Positions 33,109-44,213 are shown, counted from the whole stretch's first letter. The stretch: 63,901 nucleotides of DNA, filler included, from Nitrospirae bacterium CG2_30_53_67 (GCA_001873285.1; 6 parts of 6 records of this genome joined end to end with filler, not necessarily neighbours in it); one strand, 5' to 3'. Numbers and translations: made by a program. The notes: generated from the letters alone by a model not told the origin.

Positions 33109-34365
33109 ATGAAAAGAGTTGATGATTTCCGGTTGAGGTTGGGCAAAAAAGAGCTGGTGCCGATCGTCATCGGAGCGATGGGTGTGGACATATCCATAGC
33201 AGAACTTGCGCTTACCGCCGCTCGGCTCGGCGGAATCGGCCACATCTCCGATGCCATGGTGCACATCATCACCGACCGGCGGATGAAGACGAGTTTTGTA
33301 AAGGAAAAACTCAAAAAGTACCAATACAACATCGGCAACCCGGACAAATCCGAGGTTCATTTTGATCTCGGACAATTGGCTGAGGCGACCAGACTGCATG
33401 TAGGACGGACCATGGAGGCCAAAAAGGGTGACGGCCTCATCTTCATCAATACGATGGAAAAACTTACCATGAACGCGCCGCACGAAACCCTGCGTGTGCG
33501 CCTCAGCTCGGCCATGGACGCCGGCATAGACGGCATTACCCTGAGCGCGGGTCTGCACCTGAGGTCTCTTGCCATGGTGCAGGATCATCCACGCTTTCGA
33601 GACGTAAAATTCGGCATTATTGTCTCCTCACTTCGCGCCCTGTATCTCTTCCTTCGGAAAAACTCCAGGCTGAACCGCCTCCCCGATTATATCGTGGTGG
33701 AAGGCCCGCTTGCCGGCGGGCATCTCGGTTTCGGCATGGATTGGGCGCAGTATGACCTCAAGACCATTACGGACGAGATTATCCTTGATCTCAAGCGGAA
33801 TGATCTGGACATACCGGTCATCCCTGCGGGGGGCATTTTCACAGGCACGGATGCCGTTGAATTTCTTGAGGCCGGAGCTTCGGCCGTTCAGGTGGCGACC
33901 CGTTTTGCGATCACAAAAGAAAGCGGACTGCCGGCCAAGGTTAAGCAGGAATATTTCAAGGCCGATGAGTCGGACATCGAGGTCAACATGATCTCACCCA
34001 CCGGCTATCCGATGCGCATGCTGAAGATGTGCCCGGCGATCGTTTCGGGAAACAGACCGAATTGCGAAGCCTATGGCTATCTGCTGGATGGTTCGGGCAA
34101 CTGCAGCTATAAAGATGCCTATTACCTCGAGCTGAAGAAAAACCCAGGTGAGAAAAGAATGTCAGTCGAGGGAAAAACCTGCCTCTGCACTCAAATGCGG
34201 AATTTCGGCTGCTGGACCTGCGGCCAAAACGCCTATCGGCTCAAAGAAACGACCCGGCGTCTCCCGGATGGAACCTATCGACTGCCGGCCGCGGAATTCG
34301 TTTTCAGGGATTATCAGTTCAGCGTCAATCATCAGACCAATCTTCCGGAAGAACCGGAAGGCTGA
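33109..34365 (+). CDS. Nitronate monooxygenase / FabK-like flavoprotein
   Basis: GAMGVDIS, EGPLAGGHLG, IPAGGI, VQVATRF, SPTGYP. Confidence 0.88.
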   Translation: MKRVDDFRLRLGKKELVPIVIGAMGVDISIAELALTAARLGGIGHISDAMVHIITDRRMKTSFVKEKLKKYQYNIGNPDKSEVHFDLGQLAEATRLHVGRTMEAKKGDGLIFINTMEKLTMNAPHETLRVRLSSAMDAGIDGITLSAGLHLRSLAMVQDHPRFRDVKFGIIVSSLRALYLFLRKNSRLNRLPDYIVVEGPLAGGHLGFGMDWAQYDLKTITDEIILDLKRNDLDIPVIPAGGIFTGTDAVEFLEAGASAVQVATRFAITKESGLPAKVKQEYFKADESDIEVNMISPTGYPMRMLKMCPAIVSGNRPNCEAYGYLLDGSGNCSYKDAYYLELKKNPGEKRMSVEGKTCLCTQMRNFGCWTCGQNAYRLKETTRRLPDGTYRLPAAEFVFRDYQFSVNHQTNLPEEPEG

Positions 34366-34371
34366 TCATTT

Positions 34372-35331
34372 TTATTCTTCGGAGCCGATTCGGTCCCCGA
34401 ACTTCTGTTTTTGGAACCCTTCATGACTGGTGTAATTGTTGACTTCATCCGGCGGACGGTAGCCGAGATGGCTCTGAGAATAAACCATGGTATCGAGCGG
34501 GGGTTTGCTATGACGGTTGTAGGAAAGGAGGAGTTTGACCCCGGTCATGTTCAGCTTCCCGCCTTCCGCTTCATCGCATAGATAATCCAGCGCCCCTCGT
34601 ATATTAAACGGCTCCAGCCGATAGGGACGTTGTGATATCAGCGCATCGAATATATCGTTGATGGTCACGAACTGGATGAGACTCTCGACGACTTTGACTC
34701 CCCTGGGATACCCGGAGCCGTCCATTTTCTCGTGATGGTTGAGAGCCACAAGGGCATGCATGGATTCATGTTCCCCGGTGTAATAGACCAGCAGCAGAAA
34801 ACCGATCCAGGGATGTTCATGGATATACAGGTACTGCTCGTAAGTCAGTTTTTTCGTACTCTGAAGTATCTCAAGAGGGATCCTGGACTTTCCAAAGTCA
34901 TGGGTCAGAGCGGTCGATGCCGCAGTCAGCGCCATTTTCGAATCCTGGTATAGATCCTGCGCCATGCGAGCGGTCATGATCGTCGTGATCAGTATGTGCC
35001 TGTAGGTGTAGTAATCTTTGATTTTGCAGAAATCGAGTTCCTCCAGAATATCATCGTTCAGAACCATCTCCCCGACAAGATCCAATACACGTTGTCTCAA
35101 GGTTTGCTGGTCAAAAATGATGCGGTAGTTCTCATCCTTCATGACGCGTAAGAAATCTTCCGGAAGGTGCGTCTCTTTGAGCCGGGTAGTCTTGTTGGAA
35201 GGCCGGGCGCGCTTATGCTTGATCTCGTCCAGTATGGGCCTGGTGATCGTCTCCCCCCGGCCCAAGATCAGAGTTCCCTCATGGGCATACAGGTCTTCCC
35301 GCATGACCAGAGAATTTTGGAAATCCATCAC
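34372..35331 (-). CDS. HD-GYP domain phosphohydrolase
   Basis: HDFGK, HP, HHEKMDGSGYP, DIFDALISQRPYR. Confidence 0.92.
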   Translation of the reverse strand: MMDFQNSLVMREDLYAHEGTLILGRGETITRPILDEIKHKRARPSNKTTRLKETHLPEDFLRVMKDENYRIIFDQQTLRQRVLDLVGEMVLNDDILEELDFCKIKDYYTYRHILITTIMTARMAQDLYQDSKMALTAASTALTHDFGKSRIPLEILQSTKKLTYEQYLYIHEHPWIGFLLLVYYTGEHESMHALVALNHHEKMDGSGYPRGVKVVESLIQFVTINDIFDALISQRPYRLEPFNIRGALDYLCDEAEGGKLNMTGVKLLLSYNRHSKPPLDTMVYSQSHLGYRPPDEVNNYTSHEGFQKQKFGDRIGSEE

Positions 35332-35403
35332 GATTGCCTCTTGTTAGTATTTCAGGATTATTAACCGATTAAGGGGTGGAAATCAAGATAAATCCTTCTT
35401 GCG

Positions 35404-36225
35404 TTAGTCATCCCGGCGAAAGCTGTAGCCGCCGATTTTTATCTCAAATGGAATCCAGAGCAGGCGCAAAAGGTTCAGTCTTTCAAAATCACGGTATTCT
35501 TTAAGGCCGATGGTCATCTCCCTATGCCCTTCCTGCGGCTGATCCCGGTAAGTCCCGAAGAGACGGTCCCACCAGGGAAAGAAAAATCCGAAATTGCTGT
35601 TGGTTTCCTTTACCTTCCAGGAGTGATGCACCCGGTGCATGTCCGGCGTGACCACAAATCTTCGGAGGATACGGTCAAGGGACAAGGGGATCGCCACATT
35701 CCCGTGATTGAACTGTGCAGAGGAATTCAGGATGACTTCAAAGAGCAAGACTCCGAAGGGATGAGCGCCCAATGCCGCCGCCAGCGCCGCCTTGTAAAGC
35801 ATGGAGATGAAGATCTCCAAGGGGTGAAAACGAAGGCCGGTGGTCACATCAAAGTCCAGATCGGTGTGATGGACGCGGTGGAGGCGCCAGAAGACGGGGA
35901 GCGCATGGGACATGACATGCTGCAGATAGATCGCCATGTCAAAGAAGAAGATGGTGATGAAAAAGGAGAAGACCTCAGGGAGATGAATTGCATGGAGGAT
36001 CCCCCAACCGTGATCCCTGGCATAGACCGCCGTGCTCACGGCCACGGCGCCGAGGGTGAACCGGACAAATAGCATGTCCACCGCGGTCAGCGCAAGATTG
36101 GCAAACCAGCGGCGGCCTTTGGGCTGAAGCAGGACCCTTCTCGGCCGCATGACCTCCCAGACGGCCATGACCACTAAACATCCCAGAAATATGGAAAAAC
36201 GGATCACGGACTCATGTGCAATCAT
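35404..36225 (-). CDS. Sterol desaturase / fatty-acid hydroxylase family
   Basis: His boxes HVMSH, HRVHH (twice), FNH. Confidence 0.93.
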   Translation of the reverse strand: MIAHESVIRFSIFLGCLVVMAVWEVMRPRRVLLQPKGRRWFANLALTAVDMLFVRFTLGAVAVSTAVYARDHGWGILHAIHLPEVFSFFITIFFFDMAIYLQHVMSHALPVFWRLHRVHHTDLDFDVTTGLRFHPLEIFISMLYKAALAAALGAHPFGVLLFEVILNSSAQFNHGNVAIPLSLDRILRRFVVTPDMHRVHHSWKVKETNSNFGFFFPWWDRLFGTYRDQPQEGHREMTIGLKEYRDFERLNLLRLLWIPFEIKIGGYSFRRDD

Positions 36226-36530
36226 CAGGTTCTCCCCTCCCCTGCCGCGATACAGTGATCAGCGCCGTCTTTTCCCGGAACCGGATACCCGATCAGAGGC
36301 CATACTGCCCGCGGTCCGCTCCCGGATTCATGATCATTCGAGGATCACTTTATCAGATTGACGATAAAAGAGCAAACCGGATAGAAACAACATTATCTAA
36401 ACTATTAAAATTTCTATCGCGGAATTTGGGGGCCGAGGATCTGTTTGACACGGCGCTCATTCTATTGTATTTTATTTACGACGTTTTGCCGCAAAGGCAT
36501 CTGTTCATCAGCCGGCATGGGAGAGTCACC

Positions 36531-36764
36531 ATGAATAAAGAGATCAAAGAGATGGAAAAGGTCCTTGAGATCTATACCATCGCCGCTCGTCGGGAGAAGG
36601 CAGCCTACGAGTTTTACAAGGACGTTGCCGAAAAGGTTTCAACCGAAGAAGAAAAAAAAATCCTCCTCGGACTGGCGCAGTTTGAGATGCAGCACCTCAA
36701 GCTGATGGAAAGCCATTATGAAAAGACCCTTAAAAAAATTAAAGAACTGCATAAGCAGAGCTGA
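36531..36764 (+). CDS. Small ferritin-like (half-rubrerythrin) protein
   Basis: AARREKAAYEFY…LAQFEMQH (ExxH). Confidence 0.75.
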   Translation: MNKEIKEMEKVLEIYTIAARREKAAYEFYKDVAEKVSTEEEKKILLGLAQFEMQHLKLMESHYEKTLKKIKELHKQS

Positions 36765-36797
36765 TTCTACACATGCATTTCTGGAGAGGAGCAAAAC

Positions 36798-37214
36798 ATG
36801 GCCGTTTTCAAAATCCATCCCCACCCCATCGCCGTCCACTTCTCCAACGGCCTGATTCCGGTCTCGGTTTTTTTTCTCATGGTTTTTGGGGTCACCCGGA
36901 TCCCTGACATGGAGATCGTTGCCTTTTACACCCTCTTGACCGGCACACTGGGTTCCATGCTGGCCGTGGGTACGGGACTCTTCGACTGGAAGAAGAACTA
37001 CCGCGGCGCCTGGGTCCCGGTGTTCAAGAAGAAATTGACCGCCGGCATTTTGGCTATCGTTATAGGCATGATCGCCTGCATCATCCGTTTTTTGAATCCG
37101 GAACTTCTTTATTCCATCACCCCCCTTTCCATCATATATTTGGCCCTGAATCTTTTTATCCTGGGCTGCGTGAGCATTGCCGGTTATCTGGGGGGGAGGC
37201 TCGTTTTCCAATAG
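36798..37214 (+). CDS. DUF2231-like four-TM membrane protein
   Basis: HPHPIAVHF, TGLFDW, GYLGGRLVF. Confidence 0.8.
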   Translation: MAVFKIHPHPIAVHFSNGLIPVSVFFLMVFGVTRIPDMEIVAFYTLLTGTLGSMLAVGTGLFDWKKNYRGAWVPVFKKKLTAGILAIVIGMIACIIRFLNPELLYSITPLSIIYLALNLFILGCVSIAGYLGGRLVFQ

Positions 37215-37226
37215 TGAGGAGAATAT

Positions 37227-38051
37227 ATGGCCTTCCTAAATTACTTTAAACCTGTTCCGTCATGGAGCTCTAATCAAGTCCTTGATTTTATAAAAGATAA
37301 GAATCCTGATGAATATCAACTTATAGACGTGCGTCAGCCTTCAGAGTATCAAGGAGAACACCTGCCTGGCGCCCGTTTGATCCCCATCGGGGAACTCTCC
37401 TCACGTCTGAACGAACTCGACCCGAAAAAACCGACCATCACCTATTGAAAAGCCGGCGTACGCAGCCGGTCGGCTGCAGGCATGCTCTCCGGCGCCGGTT
37501 TCAAGCAGGTCTTCACCATGACAGGCGGGATCGATGTCTGGAACGGCCTCAGGGCATCCGGCGCACCCGATGCGGGGATGGCCGTGTTTTCAGATGCCGA
37601 CACGGCCGAAGACCTGCTGGCCTTGGCGTGGGTCCTGGAGGAAGGTTCCCGCAAATTCTACGCCGGCGTATCAAGATCCCTGAAGGATGACGGGGCCGTA
37701 AAACTGTTTCAACAACTCACAGCCGCCGAGGAGAAACACAAGGAATCTCTTGTCCGGCTCTATGGAGAGATTTCCGGGTCGCCTCTGCCTGTTTTTTCTG
37801 AATTGGAAGGCTCCGAAGGCCTGATGGAAGGAGGGATACCGGTCGGCGCCGGACTCTCCTGGGCTAAGAACAAGGGCGCAAGAGAAATCCTTCAGTTCTC
37901 CATGGCCATGGAGACCAATGCCTACGACCTCTATCTGAAGATGATCCCCCGGATGACGGATGAAAAATCCGCGCGGGTTTTTAAAACCTTGGCTGAGGAA
38001 GAAAAAGGGCATCTGGACAAACTGGGTAAGCTGCTGGAGCAAAGGGTCTGA
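37227..38051 (+). CDS. Selenoprotein: rhodanese (Sec at TGA 37446-37448) fused to a ferritin-like/rubrerythrin domain, 274 aa
   Basis: IDVRQPSEY…HLPGA…TITY-U-KAGVRS; both ORF halves in frame; hairpin GCAGCC-GGTC-GGCTGC after the UGA; EEKH and EEKGH diiron-type motifs. Confidence 0.85.
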
Positions 38052-38076
38052 CCCCGGAATACACTAAAAAATATAA

Positions 38077-38118
38077 GGGGTCAAGGGGCCAAGGATTCCA
38101 GGGGTCAAGTGAAGTGCT
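38077..38118 (+). repeat. Octamer-repeat element end
   Basis: GGGGTCAA GGGGCCAA GGATTCCA GGGGTCAA GTGAAGTGCT. Confidence 0.75.
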
Positions 38119-38231
38119 GATCCACCAGAAAGCCGGCGCTCCCCGGCGTGTGTCCCGGGAGCAGATGGGCCATAACCTCCATGCGGCTCTTCCCGATCCG
38201 GAAGACCTCGCCTTTTCAAGAGGCATGAAAT

Positions 38232-39403
38232 TCATGGCGATTCCTTTTTCTCCCGTGGGGAGGCCGGGAACCTGGATTGAATCTCTTCGAGTGTCTTTTG
38301 AAAGAGATCCATCATGGGGCCGTTTAGGGCCACCGCACGGCGGGCTGCATCCAGGGCCTCCTCTCCCCTCCCCTGTTCCATGAGCACCTGGGCCAGATTA
38401 TTCCATGCCGGCCCGGAATCCGGATGCAGGCGGGCCGCCTGCCTGAAGGCTTCCTCCGCAGTCGTGAGTTCACCCGATGCATAAAAACTATTGCCCAAAC
38501 CCATGAGTGCGCCGAGGCTCCCGGGCCAGCGCGCGAGCGCCGTTTGATAGCCGGTCACCGCGGCAGTCCATTGCCGGGCCTGTTCCAGTCCCAGCACGGC
38601 CATGAGATAATCTTCCTCATCGGCGGTGGCAGGAAATTCTTCCGGCCGTAAAACCAGCAGTCCCCAATACCCGCTCCTTAACCAAGTGTTTTTAAAAACC
38701 CGGAAGGATAAGTGTTCCCGTGGTGTTTTTCCGGAATGAAGGATGATGGTATCTTCAGGCAGGTCATAGCCGACGACGACTGCATAATGCCACATGGGAT
38801 ACCAGGAGAGTCCAAGATTCTGAAGGACCATGACCGGATGACCGTCGGCCACCTCCGTGAGCATGGCCTCGATCCCTGAAATCGGATAGGCGATCCGGCC
38901 GTGACGCCGTGCCGCGCTGATCAGCGAAGTCTGAAGGCTCCCCTTACGGACGGGCGTATAGACCTCGGATTCGAGTTCTTCAGGGGTGACCGAGATCCCG
39001 CGGGAACGGAGCAGCATGGCGAGGGCCGCAGGACCGCATTGATGCTCACTCTGGGCGTAAAATGGAACCGCGCTGATCTCAGTCTTGGCAGGTCTCCCCT
39101 CACCATACGCCGGCAAGGAGCCTGATCGCAGCCCGGTACAGCCGGTAGGCAGGATACTCAACAAGAGGACGAGCAGGGCGCAGCAACATCGGCAATCAAC
39201 CCCGTTACTCACCGTCTTGTAAGACGGGGCTTTCTTGCTGATCTGATATTGCATATGCCATTCACCACATTGGAAGTTCACTGTTGCGTGACAGGAGTCT
39301 GAACTTCTGACAGAGGAAACTTCTAACGTGGTTCATCCCCAGCCTGAAGTCCGGGGCTTTCTGGTGTAACGGGGTCAACACGGTAGTCCGCTCTACGAGC
39401 CAT
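38232..39403 (-). pseudogene. PA2778-family C39 cysteine peptidase-TPR lipoprotein, interrupted in its signal peptide
   Basis: QCGPAALA, WHYAVVVGYD, TPRs; original ATG at 39403 (GGAG RBS) returns to frame when the 175-bp insert and one TSD are removed. Confidence 0.8.
39200..39374. mobile_element. 175-bp CCCCGTTAC…GTAACGGGG element with a nested 67-bp element
   Basis: TSD TCAA (39196-39199, 39375-39378); inner element 39265-39331 with 12/14 TIR and TSD TTCA. Confidence 0.9.
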
Positions 39404-39414
39404 CGGCCACTCCG

Positions 39415-39831
39415 TTACCGCCTGGGGGCTGGGTGGTTGACAAATGAGTAGACGCGTGTCAGTCCCAGAAGGTCCGTAATCAACAAAACAATAAAGACGA
39501 ACAAGGCCGCTCCGATCAGCGCCCCCACGGCATCACCACCGGCGGGGAGCCGGTCCATCATACCGGAAATTCGGTTCACCTCGGTATCGGTCAAACTGTT
39601 GATGCGCGCCCGAGCTTCCTCGGGCCGGACACCCTGCTGAACCATGACGGTCTGAACATCCTGCCGGTTCAGGAAATTCACAAGTCGTGTGCGGGCATTC
39701 CGTCCCTCTGTGGTGTTCAGCGCCGTTTCCGTCCCCACCATGGCTGCGCGGGCCGTGTGCACGGAAAAGTCGAGCATGGAATAAGAAATAATCAGGAAAA
39801 AACAGACCGGCTTGGCAATCGAACGCATCAT
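39415..39831 (-). CDS. PA2779-family protein
   Basis: AAMVGTE…GVRPEEARARINSLTDTE…LPAGGD…LLITDLLG; upstream of the PA2778-like gene. Confidence 0.88.
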   Translation of the reverse strand: MMRSIAKPVCFFLIISYSMLDFSVHTARAAMVGTETALNTTEGRNARTRLVNFLNRQDVQTVMVQQGVRPEEARARINSLTDTEVNRISGMMDRLPAGGDAVGALIGAALFVFIVLLITDLLGLTRVYSFVNHPAPRR

Positions 39832-39949
39832 ACCATTCTCCTTCTCTGATGATCAGTTTTTTAAGATATGGATTTTTCCGAACCGTTTTAAAAAGCTCTT
39901 ATGTTTGTTATGTATAACAATTCAATTTCATTGTCAATAGGTTTGTCAT

Positions 39950-40204
39950 TCAGAAAGAGACGGGGGAGACGCTGTGGAGGAACCATGTCATGGCCGTCTC
40001 ATGGTAATAGATATGATAGATCTTCCGGTCATCGCCCTTGAGCCGGAACCACCGCCTTGTCGTCTTCTCCTCCACATCCTGTTCGACCCGCCGGTCGAGA
40101 ACTTCGACCACGTTGATTTTTTCACCCCGGAAAACAAAGGCCATCGGGCTTTCCTCGCCCCGATACCCTGCATAGGCCGTAACTTTAATCTCTTGGTCGC
40201 CCAT
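39950..40204 (-). CDS. Small conserved hypothetical protein (DUF6504-like)
   Basis: YAGYRGEESP…F…VVEVLDR. Confidence 0.65.
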   Translation of the reverse strand: MGDQEIKVTAYAGYRGEESPMAFVFRGEKINVVEVLDRRVEQDVEEKTTRRWFRLKGDDRKIYHIYYHETAMTWFLHSVSPVSF

Positions 40205-40330
40205 TACCGGAATTTTCCCCGTCCGAAAACAAGGCCCTTCTCCATCTGTTTTCCGGCTGCGTCCTCGCTGACGGATGCCGGCAGGTAAACCGTTTCCAAC
40301 TCCTTGAGGAGTTCTGCCTCGGTCCTGTCC

Positions 40331-40978
40331 TTAAAGATGCCGCAAGGACCGCCACCCGAAGTGGAGAAACCAGATGCCGAAAAAGATCAAAAACAGGCCG
40401 CAGAATAGAATCATCCGCTGATAAAACGGCGTGCTGATCCATGACCTGCCTCTGCTGACGGCAAAGGAGATGGCGCTGTACCATAGGAGATCTGCAAGGA
40501 TATGACCGGAAAAAAACACAAGCACCCCTGCAAGTCCATACTTCCATGCCGCGGCCAGATACCCCATCCCGATGGTCGCCCACCAGAGACTCCAGTAGGG
40601 GTTGGCGAGGCTCACCACTATTCCGGTAAGCACCGGCCTCCCGGCATCCGGAGCGTTTGTTTTTTGATGTTCCGCAGAAGGGCTCATCTTTTGTGAATCC
40701 CTGATCATTGTGGAGCCGAACCCACAGAGGACAACCCCTCCGGCCATTCCAAAGATTCCGGCGATGACAGGTCTCACGATCCATGGCCCAAGTCCGGCCA
40801 ATATTAAAACAACCAGGGCCAGTTCCAGAATACCGTGCCCCAGTACAATCAGAGGCCCTGTCCGGAATCCTTTTTTTGAAGCATCGGCAATCGTCACGGT
40901 AAGCAAGGGGCCCGGCATCAATGCCCCTGAAAGGGCAATGATAAAAGAGGTAACAAATATCAGAATCCATCCCTGCAT
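40331..40978 (-). CDS. LysE-family translocator
   Basis: ALMPGPL, GHGILE, SLANPYWSLWW. Confidence 0.92.
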   Translation of the reverse strand: MQGWILIFVTSFIIALSGALMPGPLLTVTIADASKKGFRTGPLIVLGHGILELALVVLILAGLGPWIVRPVIAGIFGMAGGVVLCGFGSTMIRDSQKMSPSAEHQKTNAPDAGRPVLTGIVVSLANPYWSLWWATIGMGYLAAAWKYGLAGVLVFFSGHILADLLWYSAISFAVSRGRSWISTPFYQRMILFCGLFLIFFGIWFLHFGWRSLRHL

Positions 40979-41126
40979 AGGGAGACATATTATAGTGTTC
41001 CCGTGCTTTTTACAAGATTAACACGCTGAACGGTCAATAATCTCTGTGACAACTTCTGCGGACAATCCAAGACAGGATAACGAGCAGAAATTGCCGAAGG
41101 CTCTTATGAGTGGTATAGTTATTAAT

Positions 41127-41313
41127 ATTCTCGAAATAGAATAGACATAGTTCATAGAATCTCCCCTTGCCCCTCAGAGGGATAACTCCCCCTTGCCCCC
41201 TCTTAAATAAGAGGGGGGAAAGCCTTTTTTAGAAAAGGGAGGTTAGAGCCTGCCCTCAAATGGGTTTATCGGGGGAGGGATTTTCGATATGATGTCATTT
41301 CTATTATGAGAAC
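41127..41313. repeat. REP-type palindrome cluster inside an inverted-repeat element; right end recurs at ~45393-45428
   Basis: TCCCCCTTGCCCCCTCTTAAATAAGAGGGGG; TTCTCGAAATAGAA…TTCTATTATGAGAA. Confidence 0.55.
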
Positions 41314-41468
41314 CTTATTAATTCATGGAAAAGAGCATGGTTGAAAAACGGCAGCAGGACAAGTGCCANNNNNNNNNNNNNNNNNNNNNNNNNNNNNNNN
41401 NNNNNNNNNNNNTTAATTAATTAANNNNNNNNNNNNNNNNNNNNNNNNNNNNNNNNNNNNNNNNNNNN

Positions 41469-43392
41469 TTAACTCCCCCTTCCCCCTCTTAAGATAAGAG
41501 GGGGCGCCGAAGGCGGGGGCGTTATTCGTCCTGCAGCGCAATAAGGCATTCAGATCCGCAAGCTTCCCTCTCTTGCGCTCATAACCCATCCAGATCCGGT
41601 CCCGGGCATTCCATCGTCGAGGGCGGTGAAAAAGGAAGAACGTATCGCCTTTTGCATTCCTGTACTTTTCATTCAGTTCTTCAATTCTCTGCCGGGCCAG
41701 CAGCAACAGCGGTTCGTCCTCCGGCAGTGTTTCCTCTGCCGCGTCCTGAAAATCAGTCAGCAGGCCGAAGTGCAGGTTCTCGTCCCTATTTGCCAGAAAC
41801 CGGACTTCCAGCGCCTCTATCAGGTCCTCGATATTTTGAGCGCTTATGAGCATGGTCGGGATCACGGCCAGGGTGCGCGATTCCGGCGGGATCCCTTTGG
41901 AGTAGTCCATTCTCGGCAGCGGCTGCGGAATGACCAGCAATGTCGCAAGCCAGTTCACCACTGCAACCGCGAGCTGACTTGCACACAGCAATGAGAGGAT
42001 ACCGGTCATTACGAGCAGCCCATTGTGTAAGCCATCACTATGCGCCTTCGTCAGTAACCCCCCGGTGAAAATCGCCGTCATGAGCGTGATCGTGCCCAGA
42101 TAGAGGAGCAAAGGGAACCGGGAACCCGCTTTCCGAATGGCGCCGGAGAAAGAGAATCGCACATGTGCCAGCTCTTCAAGCTGCGGAGATCCCTTGTCGA
42201 TCAGGTAATAGCCCACATGAGCCTCGCGATCATCTCTGCCGCGAGCGCCGTCTTTATTGGCCGTGCTCTCATGAGCGAGCCGGACCGCTTCGGCTGCCAC
42301 TTCGCCTTCCGATAACCGGCTGCTCTTCGCTATCTTCTCCACGACGTGACGGTAGTGATCACGGGTGGCAAAATCCATCTTGCCATAGACTCCGGCGGGG
42401 TCCTCACGCAACACCTGTTCGACCGAGCTCATCCTCTCTACGAACTCGATCCAATTCATCGCCCCCAGAAAACGGAGGCTGCCGATGCTGTTGCTTATGG
42501 AAACCTGGTCAGCGGCCTGTTGCCGGTTCTCCGAATGCACCGACTGCTCTATCGTCAGGCCGAATTCGGAGAGCCTCTGCTCAATCCAGGTGAGCGGCAA
42601 TGCCAGAGCAGGGCTCTGTCCCTGCAGCCGGCGGGTAAATTCCGCAACAAACGAACTCACCATGGGCGGGTCCGACCGCACCATGTCCGCAATGACCAGG
42701 ATCAGGCTATTCGGGTCCTTCTCCGCGACCTCCGTCATCTGTTCCGCCCATTGGGCGGCGCGGTTTCGTTCGATCATGTTGGCAGCGATCCGGGCCCCGA
42801 CGCGCCGGAGATTCTCAATCAGCGCCAGGCGCAGCATGATGGGGATCGCCCACAATTCTCCCAGCTTCAGGACGCTCACCGTCTGGTAGGCTGCAACGAA
42901 ACTGCTCAGATTTTCCGGGTCCACCCTGCCATCTCCATGAGAGATCGTCTCCAGCGCAATGTCATAGACGCGTGGAATCCCCTCCGAGGGGCCGTTCAGC
43001 AAGCGCGGCAATTCCCGGCTGTAACCCTTCGGCAAGTGCCTCCTGGCCGTGCGGATCTGTTCTTCGATCAGATAGAAGTTGTCGAGCAGCCACTCGCCTG
43101 CCGGCGTAATCCGGAGGTCTGCCTTGACAGCATCGGCCAGCAGGTTGCGGGCAGAGACCAGGACGCCTTCATTCTCAGAAAGCCGCGATAGAAGCTGGTC
43201 GGGCGCATGCCCCGGAGTCAACTTGTGCGAGGCCGCCAGGATCTTGCCATGCTGTTCCATCTGGTCTCTGCTGAACAATTCCGATCGCAGTGGCGGCTTG
43301 TCGCCGGCGTACTTCTGTGCCAGGTCTGTTCCGCCGAAGATCGAACGCAAATGCGGCAGGCTTCCGAGTAGGGTCTTGTTGCTCACCTTCAA
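41469..43392 (-). CDS. ndvB: Cyclic beta-1,2-glucan synthase, 5' part (cut by contig end)
   Basis: PLRSELFS, EWLLDNFY, ELWAIPIMLRLAL, MDFATRDHYR, WMGYERKRGKL. Confidence 0.92.
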
Positions 43393-43688
43393 CTTCGTGG
43401 TCTCCTTCTTTCTGAAAACAAAAGGGTTCTCGCTTTTTCCATCATCGCGTGAAGATCGGCGCCTAACCTCTCTACGCCGTCGGCCATAAACATGCCGGGT
43501 AAGATATCAATATACCACCACGGAAGCATACCCGCTATCGTTTTGACAAAATGGGTCTTGTCCGGCGCCGGGAGGTCCGAAGAAAATGAAGGTCTTCGGA
43601 GGGATGATGCCATGTTTTATTGAAAGCTCACGCTCTGTCAGAAAGAGTTGTCAAGGTGGAAGATTCCGCCCTCAACGTTCTACGGTGT

Positions 43689-44213
43689 TTACTCAATGAT
43701 CCAGAGGGAGCAGCTTTTGGGCATGTGCAGGAGTTTGTTGGTCGTGCTTCCGAAGAGGAACTCCTCCTGCCTTGAGATCCTGTGTCTTGCAACCACCACG
43801 GTGCAGGAACCCAACCGGTGCTGTTCCTCAATAATGACTTCGGCGATGGAGAGGCACTCCCGCGCCACAATCCGGACTTCCACCTTTTCCTCAGGGAATC
43901 CGGCCTGGATCAGCATGCGTCGGTAGGTATCGAGTATGGCCTTTACATGATCCCGGCGCTGGGCTATCCATTTTTCCCGTTCTTCATCCGAGCGGAACTC
44001 ATCCATCTCCGGGATGGAGATGAGATGGAGGATGGTCGCCCGGAATCCGGGAGAGTCGCCGAGAAAGTCGGCCACATAAAGCCCCGCGCGTTTTGAACTT
44101 TCGGATTCGTCCACGGCGATGAGGATATGCCTGTCCTTGACCGGATTCAGGGGATCATTCTTCTCGGTTTCAGAAGAATAGAGGGTTCCTGTGTTTTGAT
44201 CAGTGTAGTTCAT
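43689..44213 (-). CDS. Universal stress protein
   Basis: ILIAVDESE, EEFLFGSTTNKLL. Confidence 0.88.
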   Translation of the reverse strand: MNYTDQNTGTLYSSETEKNDPLNPVKDRHILIAVDESESSKRAGLYVADFLGDSPGFRATILHLISIPEMDEFRSDEEREKWIAQRRDHVKAILDTYRRMLIQAGFPEEKVEVRIVARECLSIAEVIIEEQHRLGSCTVVVARHRISRQEEFLFGSTTNKLLHMPKSCSLWIIE

